DNA of 64,000 bases. It comes from Anaeramoeba ignava BMAN (taxonomy: Eukaryota > Protista > Anaeramoebae). The position numbers and the translations under genes were made by a program. The stretch spans positions 186,001-250,000 of the forward strand of contig JAPDFW010000067.1 in the NCBI GenBank assembly GCA_028826165.1, written 5' to 3'. Positions within the stretch are counted from its first letter, which is position 1; each line of letters opens with the position of its first letter. Of this stretch, positions 61,220 to 64,000 are shown in pieces. A model generated the notes under the pieces. The model saw only the letters and a program-made list of their open reading frames with translations, searched no databases and had not been told where the DNA came from.

Positions 61220-62368
61220 ATGGGTGAATTTGGAGAAACAAAAAGTAACAAATGCAGTGAATTCTTAAAGAACCCACACAACAAAGTGCGATTAGGATAT
61301 GCAACAATTTTCACAATCAGCGTAGTAATAGCATTACTGATGCGAGCAATAGCACAAAAAGTATTTGATCGATTATATTCATTTGAGTGCACAACGGAAG
61401 ATTGTTATGGAAAAGTATTTATATTTCGAGTGAGCTTTGCACTTTTTGTATTTTTTTTTCTGCATTTATTAATAACGATTGGATATAACGGAACAGATGA
61501 AGAAGATTTCCGAACAAAAGTACAAAACAGATTATGGGGGATCAAAATAATATTAATTATTGGGTTAATTATTGCGAGTATTTTTATTCCAGATAATTTT
61601 TTCACGGGCTGGGCACGAGCTTGCCAGTATTTATCAGCGATTTTCCTTATCATGCAACTGGTTTATCTTATCGGTTGGGCGTATGATCTCAATTCCACTC
61701 TTGTTGATAAAGAAATGCTTAAAACCTTAATTGGATTAACCATCACTTTAACGCTTGTTGCAATTGGAATTATTGTCATCAGTTATGTTTTCTTCTCCCG
61801 TTCAGGATGCACAAGAAATACCGTTTTTATCACGCTCACATTGATTTTTGCCATTGTTCATTATATTCTCGCAATTCGCGTTGAAAACGGCTCTTTATTT
61901 GTTTCTTCAATCGTTTTTGTCTATTCTGGTTATCTTGTTTTTTCCGCCATTATGAGTCAACCTGAGAACGATTGCAACCCCTTCTCACACACTCAGGGCG
62001 GCGTTATTCAATTGATTCCTGGCATTGTTATCGCTATTGTTGCCATTTCATATTGCAGTTTTAATCTCTCTTCACAATCTTCCACTTTCAAGATCTCAAA
62101 AGATGACTCAAAAGATCTTGGTTATCAAGGCGATCTTGAACAAGCTCCTTATTCTTACTGGTTCTTCCACTTTGTTTATGCTTCTGCTTCCCTTTATATG
62201 GCAATGCTTCTTACCGGTTGGGATATTTCTGATACAAGCTCTTCTTTTAGTGTCGATGTCAGTTGGACTTCAATGTGGGTCAAAATGGGTTGCCAATGGC
62301 TCGTTATTATTCTTTATACTTGGAGTTTGGTCGCTCCTTTGGTTCTTAAAGACAGAGATTTTGATTAA
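61220..62368 (+). CDS. SERINC: Serine incorporator (SERINC/TMS1) family multi-pass membrane protein
   Basis: VRLGYA, CYGKVFIFRVSFAL, RTKVQNRLWGIK, FLIMQLVYLIGWAY, YSYWFFHFVYASASLYMAMLLTGW, SMWVK, LYTWSLVAPLVLKDRDFD. ATG at 61220. Confidence 0.93.
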   Translation: MGEFGETKSNKCSEFLKNPHNKVRLGYATIFTISVVIALLMRAIAQKVFDRLYSFECTTEDCYGKVFIFRVSFALFVFFFLHLLITIGYNGTDEEDFRTKVQNRLWGIKIILIIGLIIASIFIPDNFFTGWARACQYLSAIFLIMQLVYLIGWAYDLNSTLVDKEMLKTLIGLTITLTLVAIGIIVISYVFFSRSGCTRNTVFITLTLIFAIVHYILAIRVENGSLFVSSIVFVYSGYLVFSAIMSQPENDCNPFSHTQGGVIQLIPGIVIAIVAISYCSFNLSSQSSTFKISKDDSKDLGYQGDLEQAPYSYWFFHFVYASASLYMAMLLTGWDISDTSSSFSVDVSWTSMWVKMGCQWLVIILYTWSLVAPLVLKDRDFD

Positions 62369-62482
62369 GATTATTTTCTTTTTTTCCTTTTCTTTTTTTC
62401 CTTTTCTTTTTTCCTTTTCTTTTTTAATGAAAGAACAAAAATATTTGAAAATTTCCTTTTTTAATTTTTTAATTTTTTATTT

Positions 62483-63365
62483 TTAAAAATCAAATAATAT
62501 TCGAAGAGTTTTAACTCCAATAAATAATGAAACTACACATCCAAATATTGAAATTATTCTGCATATTGCATCTAATTTTTTACAGTTATTCTATAAATTA
62601 ATTAATAAATAAAAAAAGGAAAAATTTCAATTTAATTTTTTGGATTTTGATTTTGATTTAACAAAAAAAAAGTGGAATAAGATTAAATTACTTCCGCATT
62701 AAAATTTGTTGACCAAAGTAATCCAATAATTGCCCAAATCAATATAAAAATTGTAATAAATACTATTGTAATCTTTAATGAATTATTTGCCATTGTTTCA
62801 GGAAATTCATGATGAATATAAAAAGAAAAACAAGCTAAAAAGCAAAGAATAACCCAAAAAATATTGAAAACACAAATCCAAACCCAAAGTGGTTTTAAAC
62901 AATTAATATCTTTATCTTTTGATCCAATTAAAAAAGTTGGAATCAAAACAGCACAACTCAAAATAATACTTCCAAATAAAGTGAAAAAGAATTTTTTATC
63001 TGAAAAGAATCCTTCATAATCTTCAAATGTTTCATAACAACAACATTTACTTAAATGAAAGAATTTTAATTTCAAAAAAAAAAGTAGAATAAAAAATTTT
63101 GCTTTTTCTTTTTCTTTTTCTTTTTTACTTTGAATATTTTTCATTTAAATCATCTTCATTTGATATTGAATCTTCAAGGTCTTTGTTTTAATATAAGTTT
63201 TAATGGAAATTTTGATATAAATTTTGATATAAATTTTGATGTAAATTTTGATGTAAATTTTGATATAAATTTTGATATAAATTTTGATATAAATTTATTA
63301 TTTGAAATTATTAAATTACCCTTTTTTTCAATTAAAGGTATATTTAAATCATTTTTAGAAGACAT
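62483..63365 (-). CDS. Small 4-TM membrane protein (TMEM272-like pattern); 4 exons
   Basis: Phase-consistent exons 63365-63320, 63180-63129, 63049-62692, 62590-62483. Pattern IG..D.NCLKPLWVW...WAIIGLLW...NCKKL. N-terminal NDLNIPLI resembles a dileucine sorting signal. Confidence 0.6.
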
Positions 63366-63672
63366 TTTTTTTGATTAAATCCACAAAAAAAAAATTCAAA
63401 TGATGAAAAATTGAAAGGAAAAAAGGAAAAATAAAAAATAAAAAAATGATTTTTTTATTATTAATAAATTCCACATTTTGGTTTTTTTCAACAACTCAAA
63501 AAAAAAATTTAAAAAAAAATAATCTAAATTTAACAAAAAAAAACAAAATAAAATTAAATTACTTAATAAATAAAGATTTCTTTTTTTTTTTTGATTTGAT
63601 TAATTTTTTTTAAAAAATTTCATTTTTTTATTTTTATTTTTTTAATTGAAAAATTTTTTTTTTCAATAATTA

Positions 63673-63907
63673 ATGAAAAAAGAAACAGATAATCCAAAAG
63701 ATAGAGGAGGTTGGAGTTATTTTGTGTTTATTTGTCTAGGACTTGCACATTTATTACCTTTTAATTGCTTTATTACAGCTTATGAATATTTTTCGTCAGC
63801 TTTTCCAACAAATAAAAATTTTGAGTTTGCTTTTAATAGTATTTTTAATTCAGCTTCTGTTTTAGGTCTTATTTCTGACATAGTTTATCAAAATAGAAAA
63901 AAGAAAA
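63673..63907 (+). CDS. Equilibrative nucleoside transporter (SLC29/ENT), first exon (3'-partial)
   Basis: PKDRGGWSYFVFICLGLAHLLPFNCFITAYEYF matches the ENT TM1 signature. Donor GT at 63908, followed by a repeat-filled intron. Confidence 0.85.
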
Positions 63908-64000
63908 GTAATATTTAAAAATGATATAATTAAATTTATAATTATATTTAAATTTATAATTAAATTTATAATTAAATTTATCTTTAAATTTATAATTATA

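Noticed and set aside
1-64000. Inteins/Hint domains, transposases, tRNA or rRNA genes
   Set aside because: No such motifs were recognised by eye. Small ncRNAs cannot be excluded without a covariance-model search.

Overview
Very AT-rich eukaryotic (protist-type) DNA: gene-dense, short intergenic spacers, GT-AG introns often inflated by simple repeats, and N/Q/E/K-rich low-complexity tracts inside proteins. The style suggests an Anaeramoeba-like metamonad, but that is an unverified inference. I reconstructed about 20 genes by hand with splice phases checked. In order: the 3' part of an NRPS-derived protein (C-A-T-E-C) ending in a PH domain; a Src1/Heh/MAN1-like nuclear envelope protein; a ~160-bp satellite array; a neurobeachin-type BEACH protein; four tandem MGN-start PAS + coiled-coil paralogues; two unknown low-complexity genes; ribosomal P1; TBCD; an OspF/SpvC-like phosphothreonine lyase with a C-terminal membrane anchor; a very large supervillin-like gene with probable assembly frameshifts; a tandem Rho-like pseudo-GTPase; a nucleoplasmin-like protein; SERF; SERINC; a 4-TM protein; and the start of an equilibrative nucleoside transporter. 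The strongest candidates for undescribed biology are (1) the NRPS-PH fusion, whose A, E and C catalytic motifs are degenerate while the carrier-domain serine is intact, (2) the eukaryotic tail-anchored OspF/SpvC-like lyase with catalytic residues retained, (3) the stand-alone PAS sensor array and (4) the double pseudo-Rho. All family calls rest on motifs recognised by eye, not on database searches.
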